NCBI RefSeq assembly: GCF_006345805.1 | Contig: NC_043013.1 | Span: 17,112,001 to 17,176,000, forward strand | Source: Octopus sinensis | Taxonomy: Eukaryota | Direction: 5' to 3' | Length of the DNA stretch: 64,000 nucleotides | In this document: positions 28,276 to 42,618 of the stretch, piece by piece | Layout of the letters: each line of letters opens with the position of its first letter | Numbering within the stretch: position 1 is the stretch's first letter | Position numbers and translations under genes: made by a program | The notes under the pieces: model-generated | What the model saw: the letters and a program-made list of their open reading frames with translations, nothing else | What the model was told of the DNA's origin: nothing | Databases searched by the model: none

Positions 28276-28647
28276 CTGCATGGCTGTACAGTTGAGAAGC
28301 TTGCTTTCCAACCATGTCTCTTTGGGCTCAGTCCCAGTGTGTGGCACATTGGGCAATTCTCTTTCATTACAGCCCTGTGCCGACCAAAGTCTTGTGTATT
28401 ATATAATTGCCATTACTGTATTGATATATAAAATAACACATACAACTCATTATGGTCATATAATAAACAAACAGAAGTTCATGTATGAAATTGATCTTTG
28501 TTCTACTTCAATTTTTACATGATTTTTTCTTATAAAATACACACGTACAGGAGGAGTAAATCTATAAATATAATAACACTTTGAATGTGGCTCCTGAGAA
28601 AGAGTAAAAGTAATTACTCAATCAATGACTCGTATTACCTGCTAGTA

Positions 28648-29058
28648 TACTCTTTTACTCTTTTACTTGTTTCAGTCATTTGACTGCGGCCATGCTGGAG
28701 CACTGCCTTTAATCGAGCAACTCGACCCCGGGACTTATTCTTTTGTAAGCCCAGTACTTATTCTATCGGTCTCTTTTGCCGAACCGCTAAGTAACGGGGA
28801 CATAAACACACCAGTATTGGTTGTCAAGCAATGCTAGGGGGACAAACACAGACACACAAACACACACAGGCATATATATATGTATACATATATACGACGG
28901 GCTTCTTTCAGTTTCCGTCTACCAAATCCACTCACAAGGCTTTGGTCGGCCCGAGGCTATAGTAGAAGACACTTGCCCAAGGTGCCACGCAGTGGGACTG
29001 AACCCGGAACCATGTGGTTGGTAAACAAGCTACTTACCACACAGCCACTCCTGCGCCT
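28648..29058 (-). mobile_element. SINE family B, full-length young copy
   Basis: Begins ggcgcaggagtggctgtgtggtaag on the minus strand and ends (aaaagagt)n. Near-identical to 10937-11405 apart from microsatellite length. Confidence 0.92.
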
Positions 29059-29067
29059 ATGTATATG

Positions 29068-29191
<124 letters not shown>

Positions 29192-29350
29192 ACAGGTAAT
29201 CTCTGTATAGAACACACTTCCTAATGCTCAAGAGATTTAAATTTGAGCAGGTAAAGGAATAAAGGTAAGGACAAGCAGGTTAGGCAAGTCAACATACAAA
29301 AATATTAAATCGACTTGCCAAACTTGCTTGTCCTTATATTTAATCCTCAA

Positions 29351-29394
<44 letters not shown>

Positions 29395-29604
29395 TCTCTC
29401 TTTGCTACTCCGGTTTTGTGTATGTGAGCCCCATGGGCCTTCGTTTTTGGAATCTCCACTTATAGAAAATGGAAAAAACGGTTTTTGACTGCCATTTCTA
29501 ATTCCTTCGGTATGAGGCGAAACAGCCTGCTGCTAGCCATCTTATTTACTTTACTATAAATATATATATGTAGAAGGTTGAAAAGGAACACATGAGTTGA
29601 TATA

Positions 29605-29915
29605 TTTATAGAAAAAAAGGTCAAGGTAGAAAATACTAAAATAATTTTATAAAAAAACATCTTAGTACCAGCTTCGGTCATTGAGACTTTTTCAATGGAA
29701 AACAATTAAATTTTGGAAAAATTAAATGAAAAGGAAAATTCCACTTGTATTTGAATACTATGCAAATATTCTTTTAAAATACTTATCATTTAATTTCTCC
29801 AAAATTTAATTGTTTTCCATACTTAGAGTTGAAAAAGTTTCAATGACCGAAGCTGGTACTAAGATGTTTTTTTTATAAAATTATTTTAGTATTTTCTACC
29901 TTGAAATTTTTTTCC

Positions 29916-29920
<5 letters not shown>
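29605..29920. repeat. TA-flanked long inverted repeat (foldback mini-element)
   Basis: 29622-29730 is a near-perfect reverse complement of 29786-29904 (catcttagtaccagcttcggtcattga / tcaatgaccgaagctggtactaagatg). Confidence 0.85.
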
Positions 29921-29948
<28 letters not shown>

Positions 29949-30015
29949 TATACATATATACATATATATACATATATATATTATATATATATATATGTAT
30001 GTATGTATGTTTGTA

Positions 30016-33000
30016 TGGTCACCTTCGAGTGCTACTGGTAACATGTAACCCAGTACAACCTGTTGCATGGTTGGGTCGTCGGCGACTAAACCGGCAACCC
30101 CACCAAGCTTGCTTGGTGAGGAGGGTGTTTATTGGACACCCTGTGGGATGAAAAACAAAACCTGTCAAAGGGCGGAGGACCTCTTGAGAGTCAACGGCCA
30201 TCCAATAAATGTTAGCACGGGTACGTAGAAATTCCGGGGTGGTGTCCGGCATGCTGAAAGACCACTGGGAGTGAGGCGCCCCTCAGCTTTTGTTAATGCA
30301 CGTCTCTAGGAGAAGGTCACTCTGATATAAAACCAGATATGCAGGGAATGGCATTGAACATTTTGGGGATCTTTGGTTTGTGCTAGAGATCACGGCGCTC
30401 CCACATCCCTGAGCCTGCGACTCATATTGGCACCAGACATCTTGCTCCGGCTTGTCTCTGGATAATGTCAATAGAGTGGAGAGGGTCTATGAGGTGTTGT
30501 GCAAGCCTTATTGGACCTAAAACTCTGCACAGGCATTGCCGACCTTTTTTTCTTTTTCTTTTTTTTCTTCTTTTCTTTTTTTTCTATATATATATCTATC
30601 TTATTTTTAGTATATATTTTCTTCATTTTTAGTATATATATATATGTATATTTTTTTTATTCGGAAGTCCTCGGCAATGGGAAGGTGGTGAAGCATGCAG
30701 ACCTGATGGGTTGGAAGCATGTAGTCAGCGACCTGCACATAGGCGGCCCATGCTAGATATAAAGTTGTCTCCTTGTCGCCCAAGACAGCAGTAGGATTCG
30801 GTTGCTGCATGGGTGTCTGAGCAGCTCCATTTGGAGAGGGCATTGCTCACCTGGAGACCAGGGAGGTTCTAGAAAAGGTGAACCAAAAATTGCCTGTCTT
30901 TCCATATCTGGTCAGTTTAGCGCGACTGACGGATGTCCACCCTGCGCTCAAAAAACAAAGAGTCTTTTATCTATAAAATCTGGACAGAACTTAAACATTT
31001 CATGTTGGAATGTGCATACTCTGTTGGACAACAAGAGTGATTGCAGGCCTGAAAGACGCACTGCACTTGTTGTTCGTGAGCTGAATCGTTATAAAATTGA
31101 TATAGCTGCACTCTCAGAGACTCGTATAGAAGGTGATGGTCAGCTTGAGGAAGTAGGAGGTGGATACACCTTTTTTTGGAAAGGAAGGCAGAAGGAGGAG
31201 CGCAGAGAGGCTGGTGTTGGTTTTGCAGTCCGATCTGATATCCTGAAGAAGTTGGAAGAGCTCCCTGTTCCTATAAATGAATGTATAATGACCCTATGGT
31301 TGCACTTGAAAGGTAAGCAGTTTGCTACTCTAATAAGTGCCTATGCACCTACTTTGACTAGCTGTGATGAAGATAAAATAATCTTTTATACCCAGCTGAG
31401 AGCCATACTTAGAAAAATCCCCAATTCTGATAAAGTCATTCTACTGGGGGATTTTAATGCCAGAGTAGGAACAGACTGGCAAACATGGAACTCTCTAGGA
31501 CGTTTTGGAGTAGGGAAAATGAATAGCAATGGTCTCATGCTACTGGAGCTTTGCGAAGAACATGGACTTTACATTGCAAGTACTCATTTTGTGCACAAAG
31601 GTGATCACACAACAACATGGATGCATCCAGGGTCCAAAGTTTGGCGCTTGCTGGATTACGTCATCATCCGCAAGCATGACATTTATGACATTTGTAATGT
31701 CAAGTCCTTGCATGGATCAGAATGCTGGACAGACCACAGTCTGGTGCGAGCAAAGTTCCGAATGGTGATTAGGGCGAAAGAGAGAAGAGGACCAGTCAGC
31801 ATTCCTCGCCGTCTAAATGTCCACAAGGTATATGACGTTGTGGTTAGGAAAGAGCTTCAGACTCACTTGTCCAGCATTGAAACTGCTGCAGCATGGGAAG
31901 ATTTTCGAGATCAGGTTGTTCAATGTGCAGCCGAAACACTGGGGTATGTTACTGCCAGACACAGAGACTGGTTTGATGAGAATGAGGCTAAAATTCAAAG
32001 ACTATTAGTGGTGAAGTGCCATGCTCACAGTGTGTTGCTGCACAGAGAACTGTCAACTGTGCAGCAAAGTCTAGCACTTGCCCACTATAACAGTGTAAAA
32101 TCACTACTGCAGCGATCTCTCAGGAAGATACAGAACACTTGGTGGGAGGATCTTGCTCGTGATGTTCAGGCTGCTGCTGATGCAAAAGACAGCAAGAAGC
32201 TTTACCATCTTATGAAGCGAGCTTATGGACCTAAGAGCTCCACATCAGCTCCTTTGCTTTCCAAGGAGTCTTCCACTCTGTTTACTAAATCAACAGAAAT
32301 CACAGGTCGCTGGATTGAACACTTCTCTGAACTCCTAAACCATGAGTCAGTTGTGGATGAAACAGTGATTGATACTATGAAACAAAGACCTATCATTGAC
32401 TCCTTAGACTCCTCATCATCAATACATGAAGTAATGACATCAATGAGTAAATTGAATCTTGGTAGGGCACCTGGAAAGGATGGAATTTGTGCTGAGGTCT
32501 TGCGATTTTGTGGCAATTGCATCACACAGTCCCTTCATGAACTTATTAGTGCAGTCTGGAGTGATGGTGCAATCCCTAAGGACTGGAAGGATGCAATTAT
32601 TCTTCCTCTATATAAAGGAAAAGGAGCCAGAACAATGTGTGGTAACTACAGAGGTATTGCTCTACTATCAGCTGCTGGCAAGGTTCTGGCAAATATTCTT
32701 CTTACCTGTCTGAATGGGTGTCTCGTAAATGATGTCCTATCTGAATCTCAATGTGGCTTCCGATCTGGTAGAGGGACAATGGATATGATTTTCACAGCAA
32801 GACAGATGCAGGAGAAGTACTATGAGCAGAATATGGATCTTGTCCAGATATTCATTGATTTAACTAAGGCCTTTGATACTGTAAATAGGGCCTTTCTATG
32901 GAAAATACTTGGCAAACTTGGATGTCCGGATCACTTTGTATCTATAATTGAATCATTTCATGATGGAATGGAGGCTTGGGTCAATGTTGGTGGTGCCATG

Positions 33001-34237
33001 GCGGGACCCATTCCTGTAGAGAATGGTGTTAAGCAGGGTGACATCCTTGCCCCAACTCTCCTTTCTTTGTACTTTGCTGCTACTTTTACTCATGCTTTTG
33101 CTAAGGTTAGCTCTCTGGGAATATATGTCAGATATCGATCTTCTGGCTGCCTCTTTAATCTTCGCCGATTTGTTGCCAATTCAAAGGTTTCCCAGTCTAT
33201 TATTCGTGACCTCCTTTATGCAGATGACTGTGACTTAGTCACTCATACAGTGGATGACATGCAAATACTCATGAATTGCATTTCTGCTTCTTGCAGGGCA
33301 TTTGGACTCAGCATTAGCCTGGACAAGACTGTTGTAATGTTCCAGCCTGCACCAGGAAATCCATATATAGAACCAGCTATCTTGGTTGAAGGAACAATTC
33401 TGAAGGTAGTAGACAAGTTTGTCTACCTGGGCAGCACACTCAGCCGTTCTTGCTCCCTGGATGAGGAAATATCTTTCAGGTTGCAGAGAGCAACTAATTC
33501 CTTCTGATCTCTTCAGTCTCGTGTCTGGTCCCAACATGGCATCGCAAGGAGAACAAAAGTTGCTGTGTACCGTGCTTGTGTACTGACATCGCTTCTCTAT
33601 TCATGTGAGACATGGACTCTGTACAAACGTCAGGTAAGGGTCCTTGAACGTTTTCATCAGAGATGTCTCAGACACATTCTCAATGTTGGCTGGACCTCAA
33701 AAATTCCAGACACACAGATCCTGAGGACAGCTGATATCTTGAGTATTGAGGCGATGGTACACAAGCACCGGTTGTGTTGGACTGGACACCTTATTAGAAT
33801 GGAGGATAGAAGGATTCCTAAGCAGATGCTCTATGGAGAACTTGTGAATGGAAGGAGACTCCGGCAGAAACCAAGGCTGCGATTTAAGGACTGTGTCAAG
33901 TCCTCGTTAAAGGCCTTTGATATGCAGGACACTGACTGGGAGAACAATGCCTGTCATCGCCACAGATGGAGGAAGCAGGTTAAGGAGGGGATCAATACTT
34001 TTGAGAGAGCACGTATCCAGCATGAAGAACTTAAGTGAGCTGTGCGAAAGCGCACGGCTCGTATAGTGAATAGGGAAAGCTTGGTCTGCAATGTTTGCAG
34101 TCGTGTATGCTTGTCAAGAGCAGGGCTCATTAGCCACCAACGGAGCTGCAAATGTAAAATATAAGTTAGTCCTAGAGCGCACAATGTTCCTGAAGGTCGG
34201 CAATGGTTTTCCTCGGTCACAAGTAGACGGCCATCAT
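30016..34237 (+). mobile_element. Near-full-length RTE/BovB-type LINE
   Basis: ~800-bp 5' leader, single APE-RT ORF, C-terminal zinc finger, short 3' UTR. Both flanks are (TATG)n microsatellite. Confidence 0.95.
30802..34164 (+). pseudogene. APE endonuclease + reverse transcriptase + C-terminal Zn finger, interrupted only by TGA at 33505 and 34036
   Basis: WNV.TL, ALSETR, GDFNAR, LDY, TDH (APE). NYRGIAL, QCGFR, FIDLTKAFD, GVKQG, YADD, YLG (RT). ORF 33565-34038 is in the same frame, and reading through 34036 gives CNVCSRVCLSRAGLISHQRSC then TAA at 34162-34164. Confidence 0.93.
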
Positions 34238-34592
34238 GTATGTATGTATGGATGGATGGATGGATGGATGGATTGATGGATGGATGGATGCATGCATGCA
34301 TGTATGTATATATGTATGTACGTACATGCGTATGTATATATGTACGTATGTATGTATATATAATCAATTAAGGAAACAGAATATGGATTTGGTATTTGTC
34401 TTTATTGTGTACGACAATCATTTCAAACCCATCCACCAACTGTCCCTTATGGATGAGATGCTGTGCATTGTACTGTATTGCAGATGACACCAGGTAGCCC
34501 AAACTGCGCAAGTGCTTTACTCACCACATCACCACACTAATTGATATATACCCATTAGTCCAAAAAATTACATTTATATATATATATATATA

Positions 34593-34625
34593 CTAGCATT
34601 AAAGACCCGTTGTTGCTGGGTCATA
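34593..34625 (-). mobile_element. Possible Helitron 3' end
   Basis: Plus strand a-ctag followed by the hairpin gacccg...tgggtc, same layout as 2577. The 5' end was not located. Confidence 0.4.
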
Positions 34626-35109
34626 GTGCTAGTGCATGTATATATGTGTATATATATGTGTACATATTACATGTACATCTATATATATATACATCTACAC
34701 ATAAAATACAAAATACAAGGTTATATCTTGATATCGCTAGTGATAACAATACTCAAAATATATAACAGACAGGAATTGTTAGCCCGTCTCTTGTAATTTC
34801 GATCAATTTTATCTTGTCCTCCCTCTTGTATAGAAGTGTGGCTACAATCCAGCCTACCTCTACTTCGGAAGTGGGGGGGGGGCATTTAAAATTTTTTTCC
34901 GGGACGTCCTACGTCCCAGATATAAAGGTAAAAATAAAATATTTCCACTTTGCAAGTTCGAGTCAAGTACTCCCTTGCACGCTCCATTGACTCAAACCTT
35001 GCTTCTATTGTGGCGAATTTACCGCCTCTGATTAGATATCTTTCATAGTTACACCAAGACACTTTTCGAAGGTGCTTTCCTCCATGTGTTCAAATCTTTT
35101 TTCTCTACA

Positions 35110-36567
35110 TTATATACACATATATACACATGCATGCATACATATACACATACATACACATACATACATCCACATACATACACCAATACACATACACACA
35201 CACCAACACATATACATGCATACACATACATATATACATACACATACATAAAAACACACACATACACACACACACATGGTTTTATGTTGCCTGTCTTGTT
35301 TTTACACCTGTTGCTTTCGTTGTTCGCAAAACAAATTCATCTTCGATGTAATCCTATTTCATATTTTCGTAGCCTAAAATGCTGCTGCATATGTGTACAT
35401 GAGATTGTACATATATGCATACACATATATACATATACAAACATACATATTCATACACACATGCATATACATACACACACATACACTTACATACATATAC
35501 TTACATACATACACACATATACATACACATACATACATACATACACAAACATGCATACACACACATACATACACACACATACTTACACACACAAACATAC
35601 ACACACAAACATACACACACAAACATACACACACAAACATACACATACCTACATACACATACATACATACATACCTACATACACACACACATACATACAC
35701 ACATACATACATACACACACACATACAAATAATGCATACATACACATACACATACATACATACACATACATACACATACACATATATACATACACATACA
35801 TGCACATACATACACATACATACAGACATGCACATACATGCACAAACACATACATACACATGCATACATACACATACACATACATGCACATACATAGACA
35901 TACATACATATGTACACATACATATATACAGACATATACATACATACAAACATACATACACACATACACATACTTACATGCATACATGCACATACGTAAA
36001 TACACACATATGCATACATACACATACAGGCACATACTTACATACATACACATACATACATGCACATACTTACATACAAATACATACATATAGATACATA
36101 AACATACATACATACAGACATACACATTCAGACATGCACATACATACATGCACATACACATACATACATTACATATGTACAGACATGCATATACATACAC
36201 ATACATACAGACATACACATACATACATGCACATACACATGCATGCACACACATACATACATGCACACACACACACATACACACACATAGTAGGTTTCAA
36301 GAATATAACACCTTAATATCTCCTCTTTTCTCATATTTTATGCCTAAGACATGTATTTTCTATTCTGGTTTTTATATACCTCCTTCTATTAGTACTTTAT
36401 ATTTATATCTATATATATAAATATAAGTAGCTTCATTGTGAACCACATGGTTACGGGTTCAGTCGCACTGCGTGGCACCTTGGGCAAGTGCCTTCTACTA
36501 TAGCCTCAGGCCGACCAAAGCCTCGTGAGTGGATTTGGTAGACGGAAACTGAAAGAAGCCTGTCGTA

Positions 36568-36640
<73 letters not shown>

Positions 36641-37050
36641 ATGTTTGTGTGTCAGTGATACATAGTGATACACACACATAGAGATACACATACAGACACA
36701 GACATACATACATACAGACATATATACATACACAAACATACATACACAAACATACATACACACACATACATTCTACACAAACGTACATACATACACACAC
36801 GTACATACATACACATGCATACATACAGACATGCACATACATACATGCACATACACATACATACATGCACATGCATACTCATACATACAATCATATACAT
36901 ACATACATACTGACATATACAAACATGCACGTACATACATGCACATACATACACATACATACAGACAGACATGCACATATATACAGACATGCACAAAACA
37001 AACATTCACAAACATACATACACATACATGCACATACCTACATGCACATT
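35110..37050. repeat. Degenerate (CA/TA)n microsatellite fields with a SINE B 5' half at 36425-36650
   Basis: cata/caca/tgca mosaics; ggcaccttgggcaagtg...gacggaaactgaaagaagcc at 36474-36560. Confidence 0.9.
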
Positions 37051-38885
37051 TTTTAAATATTGTTTTTTAATAATTTTTTTTACTATTTGTTTTTAATATT
37101 CTTTTTTTAATATTTTATGTAATATTTTTTATATATTTTTGTAATATTTTTTTGTAATATATTTTTGTCATGTTTTTTTGTACTATTTTTTTGTAATATT
37201 TTTTTTAAATATTTTTTTGTAATAATTTTTTTAATATTATATTTTAATATTTGTTTTAATATTTTTAAAAAATATTTTGAAATATTTTTGAAGTAATTTT
37301 TTAAAATATTTCTTAAAATACTATTTTGTATTAATTTTCTTATAAATAATTTCTTTCCATTAATTTTTTTTTATTAATTTTTTAAATCAATTTTTTTAAA
37401 TCAATTTTTTAGAATTAAATTTTTTTTAATTAACATTTTTTAGTTAATTTTTTTAAATTAATTTTTTAATTAATATTTTTAAATAACATTTTTTTGGTAA
37501 TTAATTTTTTAACTTAATTTTTTTAATAACACTTTTTTTAATTATTTTTTTTTCAATAATTTTTTTTCCATAATTTTTTAAACTAATTTTATTTAATTAT
37601 TTTTTTAATTAATTTTTTTAATCAATTTTTTTGAATTAATTTTTTTAAATAATTTTTTTTCAAACATTTTTTTAGTTAATTTTTTTTAATTGATTTTTTG
37701 TTGTAATTGATTTTTTTGATTACTTTTTTAAAAATTAATTTTTATGTTCATTTTGTTTTATTAATTTTTTTTCATTAATTATTTTTAAATAATTTTTTTT
37801 TAATTAATATTTTTTTATTATTTTTCTTTTAATTTTTTTCAATTAATATTTTTTGATTAATTTTTTTCAAATAATTTTTTTTAAATAATTCTTTTTTTAA
37901 ATAATATTTTTTTAATTAATTTTTTTTTAAATTATTTTTTTAGAATTAAACTTTTTCGATTAATCTTTTTTAATTATTTTTTTAATCAACTTTTTTTAAT
38001 TAATATATTTTAATTAAACTTTTTTATTAATAAATTTTTTTTTCGTTAATTTTTTTTAAATAATTAATTTTAATTAATTTCTTTTTAAAACTATTTTAAC
38101 TATTTTAACTATTTATTCTATTTAACTATTTTATTTATTTATTTATAGCTTCTATTTATAGCTTCTATTTATAGCTTCTATTTATTTATTTTTTTTATTT
38201 TTTTTATAGATTCTATTTATAGAATCTGTAAATAGAATCTATAGTTAAATTTTTTTTAATAAATTTTTAAAAATCTTTTTTTAATAATTTTAAAATAATT
38301 CTTTTAATTAATTATTTTTTATTAATTTTTTTTAATTAACATATTTTTAATTAATTTTTGTTGGTAATTAACTTTTTAAATTATTTTTTTAATTATTTTT
38401 TTAAATTAATTTTTTAATTATTTGTTTTTTAAATAATCTTTTTTTCAATATTTTTTTTTGAATTAATTTTTTAAAAAACTTTTTATTATTTTATTTTATT
38501 AATTTTTTAAAAATAATCCTTTTTAATTAATTTTTTTTATTATTTTTTAAATTCATATTTTTTAATTAATTTTTTTTTGTTAATTAATTTTTTTTAATTA
38601 ATTTTTTTTTCAATTAATTTTTTTAATAAATTTATTTATAGATTCTATTTATAGATTCTATTTATAGATTCTATTTTAATAAATTTATTTATAGATTCTA
38701 TTTATAGCTTCTATTTATAGATTCTATTTATAGATTCTATTTATAGATAATATTTATAGATTCTGTTTATAGATTCTATTTATAGATTCTATTTATAGAT
38801 TCTATTTATTTATTTATTTATTCATTTATTTATTTATAGATTCTATTTATAGATTCTGTTTATAGATTCTATTTATAGATTCTAT

Positions 38886-38916
<31 letters not shown>

Positions 38917-39005
38917 CTTATTTATTTATAGATTCTAATTTATAGATTCTAATTTATAGATTCTATTTATAGATTCTATTTATAGATTCTATTTACAGAT
39001 ACTAT

Positions 39006-39036
<31 letters not shown>

Positions 39037-39099
39037 TAGATTCTAATTTATAGATTCTATTTATAGATTCTATTTATAGATTCTATTTATAGATTCTTT

Positions 39100-39134
<35 letters not shown>

Positions 39135-39306
39135 TAGATTCTATTTAGAGATTCTATTTAGAGATTCTATGTATTTATTTATTTATTTATAGCTTCTATT
39201 TATTTATTTATTTATTTTATTTTTTTTTTTATAGATTCTAGTTATAGATTCTATTTATAGATTCTATTTATAGATTCTATTTATAGATTCTATTAATAGA
39301 TTCTAT

Positions 39307-39337
<31 letters not shown>

Positions 39338-39780
39338 TATATTCTATTTATAGAATCTATCAATAGAATCTATAAATAGAATCTATAAATAAATAAATAA
39401 ATAAATAAATAAATAGAATCTATAAATAGAATCTATAAATAAATAAATAAATAAATAAATAGAATCTATAAATAGAATCTATAGATAGAATCTATAAATA
39501 GAATCTATATTTTTAATTATTTTTTAAATTCATATTTTTTAGTTAATTTTTTTTAATTAATTTTTTTTTCAATAATTTTTTTTAATAAATTTATTTATAG
39601 ATTCTATTTATAGATTGTATTTATAGATTCTATTTATAGATGCTATTTATAGATTCTATTTATAGATTCTATTTTAATAAATTTATTTATAGATTCTATT
39701 TATAGATTCTATTTATTTATTTATTTATTTATAGATTCTATTTATAGATTCTGTTTATAGATTCTATTTATAGATTCTAT

Positions 39781-39811
<31 letters not shown>

Positions 39812-39941
39812 TAGATTCTATTTATAGATTCTATTTATAGATTCTATTTATAGATACTATTTATTTATTTATTTATTTATAGATTCTATTTATAGATTCT
39901 ATTTATAGATTCTATTTATATATTCTATTTATAGATTCTTT

Positions 39942-39988
<47 letters not shown>

Positions 39989-40528
39989 TAGATTCTATAT
40001 ATAGATTCTATTTAGAGATTCTATTTATAGATTCTATGTATTTATTTATTTATTTATAGCTTCTATTTATAGCTTCTATTTATAGCTTCTATTTATAGCT
40101 TCTATTTATTTATTTATTTATTTATTTTTTTATAGATTCTATTTATAGAATCTGTAAATAGAATCTATAAATAGAATCTCTAAATAGAATCTATAAATAG
40201 AATCTATAAATAAATAAATAAATAAATAAATAGAATCTATAAATAGAATCTATAAATAGAATCTATAAATAGAATCTATAAATACAATCTATAAATAGAA
40301 TCTATAAATAGAATCTATAAAAAGAAGTTATAAATAGAAGCTATAAATAGAATCTATAAATAGAATCTATAAATATAATATGCTTTTTTTCATTAATTTT
40401 TTTTTAATAAATTTGTTTAAATTAATTTTTTGTTAGAATCTATAAATAGTAGCTATAAATTTATTTATTTATTTATTTATAGCTTCTATTTATAGATTCT
40501 ATTTATAGATTCTATTTATAGATTCTAT

Positions 40529-40563
<35 letters not shown>

Positions 40564-42490
40564 TAGATTCTATTTATAGAATCTATAAATAGAATCTATA
40601 AATAGAATCTATAAATAGAATCTATAAATAGAATCTATAAATAGAATCTATAAATAGAATCTATAAATACAATCTAAAAATAGAATCTATAAATACAATC
40701 TATAAATAGAATCTATAAATAGAATCTATAAATAGTATCTATAAATAAATAAATAAATAAATAGATAAATAAATAGAATCTATAAATAGAAGCTATAAAT
40801 AGAAGCTATAAATAGAAGCTATAAATAAATAAATAAATACATAGAATCTCTAAATAGAATCTATAAATAGAATCTATAAATAGAATCTATAAATAGAATC
40901 TATAAATAGATAAATAAATAAATAAAAAGAATCTATAAATAGAATCTATAAATAGAATCTATAAATAGTATCTATAAATAAATAAATAAATAGATAAATA
41001 AATAGAATCTATAAATAGAAGCTATAAATAGAAGCTATAAATAAATAAATAAATACATAGAATCTCTATATAGAATCTATAAATAGAATCTATAAATAGA
41101 ATCTATAAATAGAATCTATAAATAAATAAATAAATAAATAAATAAAAAGAATCTATAAATAGAATCTATAACTAGAATCTATAAATAGAATCTATAAATA
41201 GAATCTATAAATAGAATCTATAAATAGAATCTATAAATAAATAAATAAATATATAAATAGTATCTATGAATAGAATCTATAAATAGAATCTATAAATAGA
41301 ATCTATAAATAGAATCTATAAATAGTATCTATAAATAGAATCTATAAATAGAATCTATAAATATAATCTATAAATAAATAAATAAATAAATAAATAGAAA
41401 AATAAATAGAATCTATAAATAGAATCTATAAATAGAATCTATAAATAGCATCTATAAATAGAATCTATAAATAGAATCTATAAATAAATTTATTAAAATA
41501 GAATCTATAAATAGAATCTATAAATAGAATCTATAAATAGATTCTATAAATAGCATCTATAAATAGAATCTATAAATGGAATCTATAAATAAATTTATCA
41601 AAATAGAATCTATAAATAGAATCTATAAATAGAATCTATAAATAGAATCTATAAATAGAATCTATAAATAGCATCTATAAATAGAATCTATAAATAGAAT
41701 CTATAAAAAAATTATTGAAAAAAAAATTAATTAAAAAAAATTAATTAACAAAAAAAATTAATTAAAAAATATGAATTTAAAAAATAATAAAAAAAATTAA
41801 TTAAAAAGGATTATTTTTAAAAAATTAATAAAATAAAATAATAAAAAAGTTTTTTAAAAAATTAATTAAAAAAAAATTATTGAAAAAAAGATTATTTAAA
41901 AAACAAATAATTAAAAAATTAATTTAAAAAATAATAAAAAAATTAATAAAAAAAAATTAATTAAAAGAATTATTTTAAAATTATTAAAAAAAGATTTTAA
42001 AAAATTAATTTTTAAAAAAATAAATAAAAATAATTAAAAAGAAAATTAATTGAAAAAAAATTATGAAAAAGAATAATTAAAAAAAATTATGAAAAAAAAT
42101 TATTAAAAAAAATTAATTACGAAAGAAAAATATTAATAAAAAAAAAAAATTAATTAACAAAAAATTATTTAAAAAAATTAATTAAAAAAATTATTTAACC
42201 AAAAATTAATTAAAACAAATTTATTAAAAAAAAATTTATGAAAAAAAAATTAATTAAAAAATATGAATTTAAAAATAATTAATTAAAAATGATTTTTTTA
42301 AAAAAATTAATAAAATAAAATAATAAAAAAGTTTTTTTTTAAATTAATTCAAAAAAAATTATTGAAAAAAAAGATTAATTAAAAAACAAATAATTAAAAA
42401 ATTAATTTTAAAAAATAATTAAAAAAATAATTAAAAAATTAATTACCAAAAAAAATTAATTAAAATATATTAATGAAAAAAAATTAATGA
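37050..42490. repeat. 5.4-kb AT-only foldback array: T-rich left arm, 13-bp (TTTATAGATTCTA)n core in both orientations, A-rich right arm
   Basis: About 38270-38625 is largely the reverse complement of about 41705-42000. Core units switch orientation several times. Confidence 0.9.
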
Positions 42491-42618
42491 AAAGGAAAGT
42501 GAGAATAGAGAGGCAAGTTTTGTCTAGCGAATGTTTCAAAAAAGATGGGTGAATGTAGTAAGGATGGCACGTATGAATGACGAAGCCACCTTGAGCATAA
42601 TCCTATGAACCCAGAAAA

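Noticed and set aside
33505-33507. A-to-I editing of UGA to UGG rescuing the LINE ORF
   Set aside because: No evidence in the sequence; CpG decay explains the stops more simply, along with many missense changes.
38630-41705. Regular short repeats as a possible CRISPR or telomeric array
   Set aside because: No unique spacers and no G-rich telomere unit; it is a tandem satellite.
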